From contig CAYNBJ010000006.1 of the NCBI GenBank assembly GCA_964395835.1, positions 28,912 through 92,911 on the forward strand: a stretch of 64,000 nucleotides of DNA. The letters are read 5' to 3'. Under the pieces are notes generated by a model that saw only the letters and a program-made list of their open reading frames with translations, searched no databases and was not told the DNA's origin. Made by a program: the position numbers and the translations under genes. Below are positions 10,834 to 19,365 of this stretch, one piece after another. This DNA comes from an uncultured Gammaproteobacteria bacterium (GTDB taxonomy: Bacteria > Pseudomonadota > Gammaproteobacteria > Berkiellales > Berkiellaceae). Within the stretch, counting starts at the first letter, position 1, and each line of letters opens with the position of its first letter.

Positions 10834-12327
10834 CTAGGAAACCTGTGATTTTTCAGCACTCGCTTTTTCATAGGCTTTACCAAGAGCGGTAACAGCACTC
10901 AACCAACAAAGAATGATCGTTGTGCATAATACTGCGATAATTGGCATTGCTTCAGAATAAGTATACGCAGGGAATATCATAAAAATTGTTGACAATAATA
11001 CGCCACCGCCAGACTTGCCTAGACGGCCCCCAATCACTTCAACAGCAGACATACCTTTTGTTTTCATATCAGCATCTAAAGGCATATAAGCCATTTTCTG
11101 TGTAGAATCAAACAAAGAGTATTTGGTTGCTTTGGACAGAATATTTTGAGCTGCTCCAATCATAACAGCCCAATACAAGGGATTGGAGACTGCGACAAAA
11201 GCAAAAATTGCAGCATCACTCTTAGACGCGAAAATAAATAGGAAAAATAAAAATCCAGTTACTAAAATCATCAGAGGAGTCAAGATCGCTGCCGTTGTCC
11301 AGGAAAAAATACGTAAAATATTAGCACCAACAAGCATGAAAAGCATAGACGCCACACCTTGATAGAATTGGAAAGATCCCATAAAAGCGGTGTAGGCCTC
11401 TTTTGTTGGATACATAGCTTTGACACGATCTTTCCAGACCCCTTCGATCAAGATCGTTGCAATTCCATAGGAAATAATAAGCGTCGCGATCAATCCCAAA
11501 TAACGAGAAGAGAAAATTAATTTCATGCTTTCGCCGAATCCAGGTTTTGCTTTTTTCTTAGAGGACTTTGGCCCCTCACTCACCTGATCCACTAAGGCAG
11601 GATCTGTTGCTACATAGCACTGGACCCATGCATACAATCCAACTGTCACAGCAGCGCTAGCGATCAAGCCGCTCAGAACTGTCATAAAGTTCTCAGTAGC
11701 TGCTTTTGCATCTAGATCAGCATTTAAAAATGTTGTGAGGATCACGCCTGTCAACAACAATCCCATGTTGCCAAGAAGCCCAAACATAGAATAAAAACGT
11801 TTTGCTTCTGATGGGCGAGTCACTTCATTTGCTAATTGCCAAAAAAACAAAGAAACCATCATAGAGCCCCAAAGCTCTGAAATGATATAAAATGTTGCAT
11901 AGACCCAGTTTTGAAAAATTCTAAAAAACCACTTTAAACGAGGCGCAGATGCAATCCAGCCCTCAATACATTCGTTCGATAAACGAAAGCTATCAATTCT
12001 TGGAAACAAATAGTAAGTAAAAACAACAAAGTACCCAACAAAAAATCCAGCAAAAACATAAAAGACTTTCTTGCTGTCCATTTTTTGGCATAAAAAACTA
12101 TAAATAATGGTCGCTAAAACAGCAGAGGGAAACACAAAAAAAGTTTTGAGAAATCCTAATGCTTCAGATCCAATAGCAGTCACAATAAATCCATCTTTTA
12201 CAGAACGTAAAAGGGAATAATTGAACAAAATACAAAACATCATAAAAGCGAGAGGTAAAAACTTCTTATGCTCTATCCCATAAATGGGCCATAAAGCCTC
12301 GCGAATATATCCACTCATTGATTTCAT
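10834..12327 (-). CDS. tlc: ATP/ADP translocase (nucleotide transporter, TLC/NTT family)
   Basis: 497-aa polytopic membrane protein. The N-terminus ALWPIYGIEHKKFLPLAFMMFCILFNYSLLRSVKDGFIV matches the characteristic N-terminal signature I recall from Rickettsia/Chlamydia Tlc/Npt transporters (IWPIE..ELKKFLPMA.MMF.ILFNY..LR..KD). About 12 hydrophobic segments. Confidence 0.88.
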   Translation of the reverse strand: MKSMSGYIREALWPIYGIEHKKFLPLAFMMFCILFNYSLLRSVKDGFIVTAIGSEALGFLKTFFVFPSAVLATIIYSFLCQKMDSKKVFYVFAGFFVGYFVVFTYYLFPRIDSFRLSNECIEGWIASAPRLKWFFRIFQNWVYATFYIISELWGSMMVSLFFWQLANEVTRPSEAKRFYSMFGLLGNMGLLLTGVILTTFLNADLDAKAATENFMTVLSGLIASAAVTVGLYAWVQCYVATDPALVDQVSEGPKSSKKKAKPGFGESMKLIFSSRYLGLIATLIISYGIATILIEGVWKDRVKAMYPTKEAYTAFMGSFQFYQGVASMLFMLVGANILRIFSWTTAAILTPLMILVTGFLFFLFIFASKSDAAIFAFVAVSNPLYWAVMIGAAQNILSKATKYSLFDSTQKMAYMPLDADMKTKGMSAVEVIGGRLGKSGGGVLLSTIFMIFPAYTYSEAMPIIAVLCTTIILCWLSAVTALGKAYEKASAEKSQVS

Positions 12328-12514
12328 AAGACTATCTCTTTATGTAAAAATAATTAAAACACAAACGCCCATAATCAAGAAAGGCGTTTTCCCAGTTTGA
12401 TAGTTTACAAATCCATCCTGCTTTTCGCAAGAGATCGCTTTTAAATATTAAAAAGATTTTGATTCTTTTGAAAATATCTTCATGATCAGATCCTATGATC
12501 CAAAATCATACTCA

Positions 12515-13237
12515 CTAAAGAATTTGAAATCTTTTTTGAAAAGAAATATTCATCTCCTCTCCAGGCATAGATATTATTTTTGGTGTGGCAACTTCTAGCC
12601 CTGAACGAATCCCTTCTTGTAATATTTTTACTGTATCACTTTGCTCATCTCCTGCTGCTAAAGTGATTTGCTCAACACTCTGATTTAATATAAAAAATAT
12701 AAGTGTCGCTTTTTGTGATGATCGTCTATACGACAAAGCATCAATCAGCGGATCGAACATCCAATTATCACTCGGGTGCCCAAAAACAAAATCTGAACCA
12801 TGATTGTTATTTAAAACAGGGTATATGCATATTAAATGTGGCTGAAATTTTTTTGTCATCAGCTCCATTCTCAAATCATTTTGAGAATACACACCCGGAA
12901 GCTGATCGATTTTAAAAGCGCACAGATCATGCAAATCCGCCGACTCTGATGAAATAAATGTGCGCATCATGTGCTCTACCGCATGAGGAAAATCTATAAA
13001 AACTAATTCCCCTGTCTCATATTCAAGCCACTGAGCTAGAAACGGCAATTTCTGATTGAAAGGCCTTGGCACAATATATACGGATCGTATTTTTTTCTCA
13101 CTTTGATTGATAGGGAAAAATGATGTTGATAGGACTTTATACTGTTCATCTTTATATCTGTTTTGACATATAAAGCTATATCGATTTAAAGAAGAAAAGT
13201 AATTTACAGGAAAGATATTTCGAGAATTTTGATGCAT
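12515..13237 (-). CDS. Hypothetical protein (orphan, 240 aa)
   Basis: Long ORF with an ATG start in an otherwise AT-rich, stop-rich context. I recognise no motif and see no transmembrane segment or signal peptide. Confidence 0.55.
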   Translation of the reverse strand: MHQNSRNIFPVNYFSSLNRYSFICQNRYKDEQYKVLSTSFFPINQSEKKIRSVYIVPRPFNQKLPFLAQWLEYETGELVFIDFPHAVEHMMRTFISSESADLHDLCAFKIDQLPGVYSQNDLRMELMTKKFQPHLICIYPVLNNNHGSDFVFGHPSDNWMFDPLIDALSYRRSSQKATLIFFILNQSVEQITLAAGDEQSDTVKILQEGIRSGLEVATPKIISMPGEEMNISFQKRFQIL

Positions 13238-13379
13238 AGCATAATTTTTTTACTTTATTTAAATACACTATCGGAAAGAAAGGTTGTATCTTTAGTTATC
13301 TTTTCAAAATCAATATATTAGAGACCTTGTAATTTATTTTTGAACAATGCTCAACAAAATTTTGATATATATTCTAAAA

Positions 13380-13408
13380 TTGCTATATGTACAAAGCTTT
13401 GTTATAGA
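13380..13408 (+). promoter_or_regulatory. Candidate sigma70 promoter for dksA
   Basis: TTGCTA (13380-13385), a 17-nt spacer, then TATAGA (13403-13408), about 45 nt upstream of the dksA ATG, which has an AAGGAGG Shine-Dalgarno. Pattern match only. Confidence 0.3.
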
Positions 13409-13451
13409 CTCGATAAGTTGACAGCGGCGATCCAAAGGAGGTCAGTCTCTT

Positions 13452-13919
13452 ATGTCCCAATTTTATAGCCCTTTTCTTGATAATCCCAAAGCATTCCAAA
13501 ATGCGGCACTTTCTCAAAATGAGAGTTATATGTCCCCAAAGACATTAGCATTATTCAAAGAATTTCTTGTTTTATGGAAAAAATCACTGATTGCGGATTC
13601 TCAAGTAGAATTTGAAGCACTCAAAGAAGATGTATCTCAAATTTCCTCAGATCTCTCAGACCAGGCTACCTATGAAGAAAGCATCTCTCTACACATCCGT
13701 GCTCGTGATAGAGATAGAAAACTGATCAAAAAAATAGAAGAATCATTGCTGCTGATCGATCGCGGAGATTACGGATATTGTAATGAATGTGGAGTTGAAA
13801 TTGGGTATGAAAGAATGATTGCCCGCCCAACAGCTGATATGTGTATTGATTGCAAAACAGCCGCTGAAATGAAAGAGCGCCATACAGGCTATGCATCATC
13901 TGATTCATTTGATGATTAA
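13452..13919 (+). CDS. dksA: RNA polymerase-binding transcription factor DksA
   Basis: C4 zinc finger CNECGVEIGYERMIARPTADMCIDC, coiled-coil tip DLSDQA (DxxDxA), and RDRDRKLIKKIEESL, as in E. coli DksA. Confidence 0.92.
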   Translation: MSQFYSPFLDNPKAFQNAALSQNESYMSPKTLALFKEFLVLWKKSLIADSQVEFEALKEDVSQISSDLSDQATYEESISLHIRARDRDRKLIKKIEESLLLIDRGDYGYCNECGVEIGYERMIARPTADMCIDCKTAAEMKERHTGYASSDSFDD

Positions 13920-13927
13920 TTAATCAA

Positions 13928-14464
13928 ATGAATCTTTGGTTGCGTCTCATATTTTTATTTTTGAGATTTTTATGCAGAAAATCTCAGAAATGCTCTTTCA
14001 GTCAAACACACCACATCAGATTCTGGGTAACACCCATAGATTGTGATATGAATGGCCATTTAACAAATTCGCGCTATTTTAGCTTTATGGATCTGGCAAG
14101 ATTAGATTTTTTTATTTATGCGCAAGGCTATGATAAAGACAGTGCAAAACAGAGAATTTTTCCTTTGTTGCAAGGAATTGAAATCTCTTTCATTGAAGAA
14201 ATTTTCCCTTTTTCTTCTGTTGAAGTTCAAACAAAAATTCTAGGATTAGATGAGAAATATTGTTATATTGAACATCTTTTTTACGTAGATAAGAGATTAA
14301 AAGCTCATGCTCGTGCTCGCGGCGTTTTCGTCACTCATGGAAAAAAAAGAATTCCCATACAAGAATTAGAACAACAAATTTCTCAAAAATTATTAAAAAA
14401 CAAGAGCCTCGAAAAATGGAAAGAATATCTTCACTTAAAAAAAGAAGACCTCAATTCTCAATAA
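13928..14464 (+). CDS. Acyl-CoA thioesterase, hotdog fold (4HBT-like)
   Basis: IRFWVTPIDCDMNGHLTNSRYFSFMDLARLDF matches the pattern of hotdog-fold thioesterases (V...D.D..GH.nN..Y......AR). 178 aa. Confidence 0.65.
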   Translation: MNLWLRLIFLFLRFLCRKSQKCSFSQTHHIRFWVTPIDCDMNGHLTNSRYFSFMDLARLDFFIYAQGYDKDSAKQRIFPLLQGIEISFIEEIFPFSSVEVQTKILGLDEKYCYIEHLFYVDKRLKAHARARGVFVTHGKKRIPIQELEQQISQKLLKNKSLEKWKEYLHLKKEDLNSQ

Positions 14465-15450
14465 CTCAATCTCATCATTTTCCACTTTTTACACTGAGCA
14501 CTATTCTTTTATTGCTCCAAATTTTTGCGGGCTACCTTTTTTGGCAAGAAGGAGAAAGAAGCAAGGATCTTATAAACACAGCACCATGGAATCCACTTGA
14601 ACCGACAGAACATGCATTTATTTCATTTTCGCCAGAAAAAAATGAGCTCCAAGATCCCTTACTTCCTGTGAGTGCAGAAACTCATCAGCTATTGAGAAAA
14701 GTATTTCAATATCAAAGTGTTCCTAACGAAAAAGAGTACCAACTGATGCCAGTTCCTGAGGCGAGTGTTACAAAATTTTTTTTCAATAAAAAGACATCAG
14801 GGGTATCCATTCTTCCCTCCGATAGCTTTTATCCTGATTTTTATACTAATCGTCAATATCACATTAAAAAAGATTTTTTATCCGATCCGCGTTATTATCA
14901 CAAATCTCATTATCGTGATCTCAATTTTAATAATAAAAAAAATTCAAATTCTTTATGCCATTTTTTATATCCAAATAGAATTTTTGTGGGAAAAGATCCT
15001 CATACACCATCTCAAGGAGATTTAATGATTGCTTATGAATCTTTTCGCTTGATGCCTTTAAGCATTTACGGAAAAATTGATGACAATTTAGAAATATACC
15101 CGATTTCTATTTTAGCTGGCTCAAATATCGATTTGAAAACACATCTTTTAGAAAAAACTGCATCAATTATTCTACATTCTTGCACTGTATTTGCATTTTT
15201 TTGCTCTGCACTTTGCCTGTTTATCATGAGAGAAATGTGTACCCCTGAATATTACCGCTCTTTTTTTCAAAACATGAAACATACAAAAATTTTTGAAGCA
15301 CTTGGACTCATTCTCATCGCTGCATTACCACAAAATCCTTTTTCAGCAATATTGCTGGCAATTGGAAGTTTATCCTATTGCGCCATGAAAAAATGGTTTT
15401 CACTTTCCAAAACTTTACAAATTCATGATCGGATCTATTTCTATGGATAA
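14416..15450 (+). CDS. Hypothetical membrane protein (N-terminal TM, large middle domain, C-terminal TM pair)
   Basis: 344-aa ORF. Hydrophobic segments are FPLFTLSTILLLLQIFAGYLFW, IILHSCTVFAFFCSALCLFIM and ALGLILIAALPQNPFSAILLAIGSLSYCA. The architecture and the GDLMIAYESF...SIYGKIDDNLEIYP stretch loosely recall bacterial TMEM43/DUF1625-type proteins, which is a low-confidence idea. The start is uncertain because it overlaps the thioesterase by 49 nt. Confidence 0.55.
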   Translation: MERISSLKKRRPQFSITQSHHFPLFTLSTILLLLQIFAGYLFWQEGERSKDLINTAPWNPLEPTEHAFISFSPEKNELQDPLLPVSAETHQLLRKVFQYQSVPNEKEYQLMPVPEASVTKFFFNKKTSGVSILPSDSFYPDFYTNRQYHIKKDFLSDPRYYHKSHYRDLNFNNKKNSNSLCHFLYPNRIFVGKDPHTPSQGDLMIAYESFRLMPLSIYGKIDDNLEIYPISILAGSNIDLKTHLLEKTASIILHSCTVFAFFCSALCLFIMREMCTPEYYRSFFQNMKHTKIFEALGLILIAALPQNPFSAILLAIGSLSYCAMKKWFSLSKTLQIHDRIYFYG

Positions 15451-17379
15451 AAAAGCTTTTTCTAAAAAAGGATAAGCCGGATGTAAAGTGACTTCGAGAT
15501 AATGCAAAAGCTGTTCTCTTTCAGAGCGTGATGCAGTATGCAGATACCAGATAATATTCCAAGAACGGTTTTTTTTTGCAGGATAATCCAACATGGGACC
15601 GAAGACTGTTTTAGGCGGTAACTTTGTTATTAATTGACGAATAGTCTTTAAGCACTCTGTGAGCTTCATACTTCTATACGAAATTTTGGCAAAAAATCGC
15701 ATATCCTTGCCGTTTTCTTCGATATAGTGCTTACAATAATTTTCATAATTCTCAGATTGTAAAATTTCATGTAAATCTTTTTCATCTCCAAAATCTTGAT
15801 GTGAAACTGGGCAAATCACCGATCCTACAGCATGCCGACCAGAACGCCCAGCGGTTTGAAAAATCTGCTGCAATAATCCAGGATTTAAAAAATATCGAAT
15901 CTGAAATGGGGCCACCAAAATAACGCAGAGTGTCACTTTTGGCCAATCATACCCTTTAGAAATCATTTGTGTCCCAATAATAATCGCACGATGATTCTGC
16001 CGTATCAAATCAAGCTGTTTTTCGAACGCTTTCACTGTACCTGCGGTTTGCTTATCAATTTTAATAACTGTTTCTGCGGGAAAAACTTCTTTCAAAAACT
16101 CCTCTAACCGATCCAGGCCAAAGCCTAAAAGAACTCTATTATTTTGGCATTGAGGACACTGATTGCTGACTAAAGGCTCCTGCACTCCACAATGATGACA
16201 CATTAAGATCTCCTCATGTACAGTCATAGGAGCATGGCAACTTTCACACAATGTACTTTCTCTGCACTCCTGGCAATATAAACGTGGAGCATATCCTTTT
16301 TGATTAAGGAAAATTAAAACTTGCTCTTCTCGCTCTAGAACCACCTGTATTTCTTTTAAGACACTCCAATCTAAAGGCAATTCAAAAGTCGGCATATTCA
16401 CGCTTTTTAATTCAATGGGAGGATTAGAATAACCAGTAGCTCGCTCCAACAGAGTATGGATCTGTCCATTTTTATCGATAAACCATCTCGGGCTCGGTGT
16501 TGCTGAGCCTAAAATGCAAGGACATGAAAAAAGCTGTGCTTTATAAATCGCCAGATCTCGTGCATGATACCTGAACCTGCCTTCTTGGTTTTTATAGGAA
16601 CTGTCGTGCTCTTCATCAATAATGACTAAAGAAAGAGCTCGAATAGGTAAAAAAACCGCTGAACGAGCACCCAAGAAAATCATACCTTTGGATGAATACC
16701 GTGCGTATCTCAGGCACTCTTCTCTTTTTTTAGGAGAAATTAAAGAGTGATACACCATCACGCGTACCCCCAAAGTCTGTTCTATCACCTCTAGCAAAGT
16801 TGTTGTCAGATAAATTTCTGGAACTAAATAAAGCACATTCCCTGTTTTTAAAGCTTCAGATGCTATATCGAGATAAGTACGAGTTTTGCCACTCCCAGTC
16901 ACTCCGTAAATCAAATGCCGAGAAAAAGTACCCAGAACCACACTGGATACAACTTTTTTTTGATCGTTATTGAGACTAAGCTTCCTAGAAAAGTCCTCTG
17001 TCTTTTCAGTCTCATGTGATACAGCATCTTTTGTGTGATGTTCTCTTTGTTTAACAATGCGATCAAGCACAATGCGAGAAAATGATGATTTTAAAACATC
17101 ACAAAGATCTGTGTGATAATATCTAGCGGAAAACATTAAAAAATTGATCTCTTTCTGGCAAAACCATTGCTCAAGCAAAATTGCAATACAATTTTTTATT
17201 GTATAGGAAACCTGAGGTTGTGCATCCAAGACCCTAATAATGACAGCATATCTGTTCTTTTTTCCAAAAGGGACTTGTACTACCGTTCCCACGCAAACCG
17301 CGGTATGATAGCTGTAAGTAAAAATCCCTGCCGGCTGATCGAAGAGTACCGCTTCAAAAAAAGATAAAGGAGAACTCAT
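15415..17379 (-). CDS. priA: Primosomal protein N' (replication restart helicase PriA)
   Basis: Walker A GVTGSGKT, DEEH box IIDEEHDSSYK, Cys-rich zinc region CQECRESTLCESCHAPMTVHEEILMCHHCG...CPQC, and C-terminal IEIDPIMNL. The start is taken at MSSPLSF (17379). The alternative upstream ATG at 17406 would overlap hemJ. Confidence 0.9.
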   Translation of the reverse strand: MSSPLSFFEAVLFDQPAGIFTYSYHTAVCVGTVVQVPFGKKNRYAVIIRVLDAQPQVSYTIKNCIAILLEQWFCQKEINFLMFSARYYHTDLCDVLKSSFSRIVLDRIVKQREHHTKDAVSHETEKTEDFSRKLSLNNDQKKVVSSVVLGTFSRHLIYGVTGSGKTRTYLDIASEALKTGNVLYLVPEIYLTTTLLEVIEQTLGVRVMVYHSLISPKKREECLRYARYSSKGMIFLGARSAVFLPIRALSLVIIDEEHDSSYKNQEGRFRYHARDLAIYKAQLFSCPCILGSATPSPRWFIDKNGQIHTLLERATGYSNPPIELKSVNMPTFELPLDWSVLKEIQVVLEREEQVLIFLNQKGYAPRLYCQECRESTLCESCHAPMTVHEEILMCHHCGVQEPLVSNQCPQCQNNRVLLGFGLDRLEEFLKEVFPAETVIKIDKQTAGTVKAFEKQLDLIRQNHRAIIIGTQMISKGYDWPKVTLCVILVAPFQIRYFLNPGLLQQIFQTAGRSGRHAVGSVICPVSHQDFGDEKDLHEILQSENYENYCKHYIEENGKDMRFFAKISYRSMKLTECLKTIRQLITKLPPKTVFGPMLDYPAKKNRSWNIIWYLHTASRSEREQLLHYLEVTLHPAYPFLEKAFLSIEIDPIMNL

Positions 17380-17811
17380 ATGTACACTTTCTTGATTATT
17401 GTGCATTGGCTGGCCCTTGTGTCATGGTTTGCAGGATTATTTTATTTACCACGCTTATTTGTTTATCACACACGCGTGTATGAGCTGCATTGTTACCAAA
17501 TGTTTAGTTTAATGGAAAAACGACTTTATCGTTTTATTATGTATCCTGCTATGATTATTGTTCTTGCAACAGGCCTAGGCATGATTGCTTTGTACGGATG
17601 GAATTGGTTTCAACACTCACATTGGTTACATGCAAAAATACTAGCCGTTTTTATTTTAGTGGGATATCATCACTGGCTTGGATCTATTATCAAAAATTTT
17701 GAAAATCATACACAACCTCACTCCGAAAATTTTTTCAGATTTATCAATGAAATACCGACTGTTTTTTTAATTGTGATTATTTGCCTAGTAAAAATTCGAA
17801 GGGTTTTCTAA
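17380..17811 (+). CDS. hemJ: Protoporphyrinogen IX oxidase HemJ (UPF0093 family)
   Basis: 143-aa protein with 4 transmembrane segments. The N-terminal IIVHWLALVSWFAGLFYLPRLFVYH matches the conserved HemJ H..W.AG.FYLPRLFVY signature. Confidence 0.85.
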   Translation: MYTFLIIVHWLALVSWFAGLFYLPRLFVYHTRVYELHCYQMFSLMEKRLYRFIMYPAMIIVLATGLGMIALYGWNWFQHSHWLHAKILAVFILVGYHHWLGSIIKNFENHTQPHSENFFRFINEIPTVFLIVIICLVKIRRVF

Positions 17812-18755
17812 GAACAATATTGCGACCATGGCACGAGCAAGACATCTTCGATATGCTGAGCATTAAAAGAGCGCATAAATAATCGATCAATTCCTATTGC
17901 AACTCCGCTACAAAGAGGCATATGAGCCAGCGCCTTAAAAAATTGCTCATCTCGAAAGCTTGCTGTCTGCATGCCCGTATTTCCTACCCTGCGAGATATC
18001 CACTGCTCAAATCTCTCTCGATTCTCTTGCTCGTCACTGAGCTCATAATAGCCATTTGCGACCTCTACGCCCGCTACAAACACCTCATAACGATGAGCTA
18101 AACCGGAAGATGGATCTATTTTTGCTAAAGCTGCCTGATGCGCAGGAAAGCCACTAATGACATCTATTGTATTCATACCCAAAAAAGGCTGTATATGTAA
18201 AGAAAAAATCAAATCTTCCAAAACTGATAAATCCCAGTTCGGATCGTAATCCGTGCCGAGCTGATTTAATATTTGCTTAAAATGTGCATCAGAGCGTTGA
18301 TAATCTCTTCCTAAAATACGTGCCCAAATTTCTTCATACGTGCTTTCAGAAAAAGACGCTGTTCCAGTAAAAAAAGCAATCACATCTACAGTCATTTGAA
18401 TGCAGCGCCGATAACTATTTTCGCCTAAAAGATACAATTCTAGCATCATAAATTCAGGATGATGCCGTGGCGTGCGTGGATCTGAGCGATAAGCATAATT
18501 TAAACTGTAGCAATCATGATGATAAAAACTGAGCACTTTTTTTAAATTGAGCTCAGGGGAAGGCTGCAAATAAAAAGGTCTCCCATATCGATCAAAAGTC
18601 ATGAGATCAATAGCGTCATCAGGACAAACAAAAGGATATACTGCAGGCACATCAGCCTCTAATAATCCGCGATCATCGAGATAAGCGCGGATTTTCTTTT
18701 TGATATGAGCACGATGCTCTAAAAGATTAGGACTCTCTAGAGACATAGCTACCAT
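17808..18755 (-). CDS. epmA: EF-P--(R)-beta-lysine ligase EpmA (PoxA/GenX)
   Basis: Class II LysRS-like catalytic core. [30 protein letters not shown] parallels the E. coli EpmA N-terminus, and [20 protein letters not shown] resembles motif 2. The start is ambiguous (ATG at 18755 or 18746), and either overlaps the efp 3' end. The ORF-track start at 18818 is unlikely. Confidence 0.85.
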   Translation of the reverse strand: MVAMSLESPNLLEHRAHIKKKIRAYLDDRGLLEADVPAVYPFVCPDDAIDLMTFDRYGRPFYLQPSPELNLKKVLSFYHHDCYSLNYAYRSDPRTPRHHPEFMMLELYLLGENSYRRCIQMTVDVIAFFTGTASFSESTYEEIWARILGRDYQRSDAHFKQILNQLGTDYDPNWDLSVLEDLIFSLHIQPFLGMNTIDVISGFPAHQAALAKIDPSSGLAHRYEVFVAGVEVANGYYELSDEQENRERFEQWISRRVGNTGMQTASFRDEQFFKALAHMPLCSGVAIGIDRLFMRSFNAQHIEDVLLVPWSQYCS

Positions 18756-19293
18756 CGCGAGTGTCAATTTTAATTTTTTCACCCTGCTGTACAAAAAGAG
18801 GAACTTTAACAACTGCACCCGTGCTCACTGTAGCTGGTTTAGTTCCGCCCGAAGATGTATCTCCACGAAGACCTGGATCTGTTTGTATAATTTCTAAGAT
18901 CACAAAATTCGGGGGCAACACAGAGATAGGTTGACCATTAAAGAGCGTGACAATACAGACATCTTGCTCTGAAACCCAATTTTTTGCATCTCCCAAAGTT
19001 TTTGGATCAATTGCAATTTGTTCAAAACTTTCTTGATCCATAAAGACCCAATTGCCATCTTCAGGATAGACATATTGCATATTCAAATCTACGACATCAG
19101 CGGCCTCTAAGGTATCTCCTGATTTGAAAGTTTTTTCTAAAACTCGCCCAGTCAGCAAATTCCGAATTTTGACACGGTTAAAAGCTTGACCCTTACCTGG
19201 CTTCACAAATTCGTTCTCTAAAATGCAACAAGGTTGATTTTCCAAAAGAACTTTTACTCCTGCTTTAAACTCATTTGTTGAAATTTCTGCCAT
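18727..19293 (-). CDS. efp: Elongation factor P
   Basis: 188 aa with the KPGKGQAF loop carrying the modifiable Lys and a C-terminal [12 protein letters not shown] as in E. coli EF-P. Confidence 0.95.
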   Translation of the reverse strand: MAEISTNEFKAGVKVLLENQPCCILENEFVKPGKGQAFNRVKIRNLLTGRVLEKTFKSGDTLEAADVVDLNMQYVYPEDGNWVFMDQESFEQIAIDPKTLGDAKNWVSEQDVCIVTLFNGQPISVLPPNFVILEIIQTDPGLRGDTSSGGTKPATVSTGAVVKVPLFVQQGEKIKIDTRDGSYVSRES

Positions 19294-19365
19294 ATCAGAC
19301 TCTTATAAAATATAAACAATTGAGTTATTATGGGCCCAGATATTGCTTAAAATCAAGAGAATCTC

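Noticed and set aside
14765-15025. 86-aa same-strand alternate-frame ORF inside the 344-aa membrane-protein gene
   Set aside because: It is an Ile/Phe/Lys-only translation of an AT-rich stretch and is shorter than the enclosing ORF.
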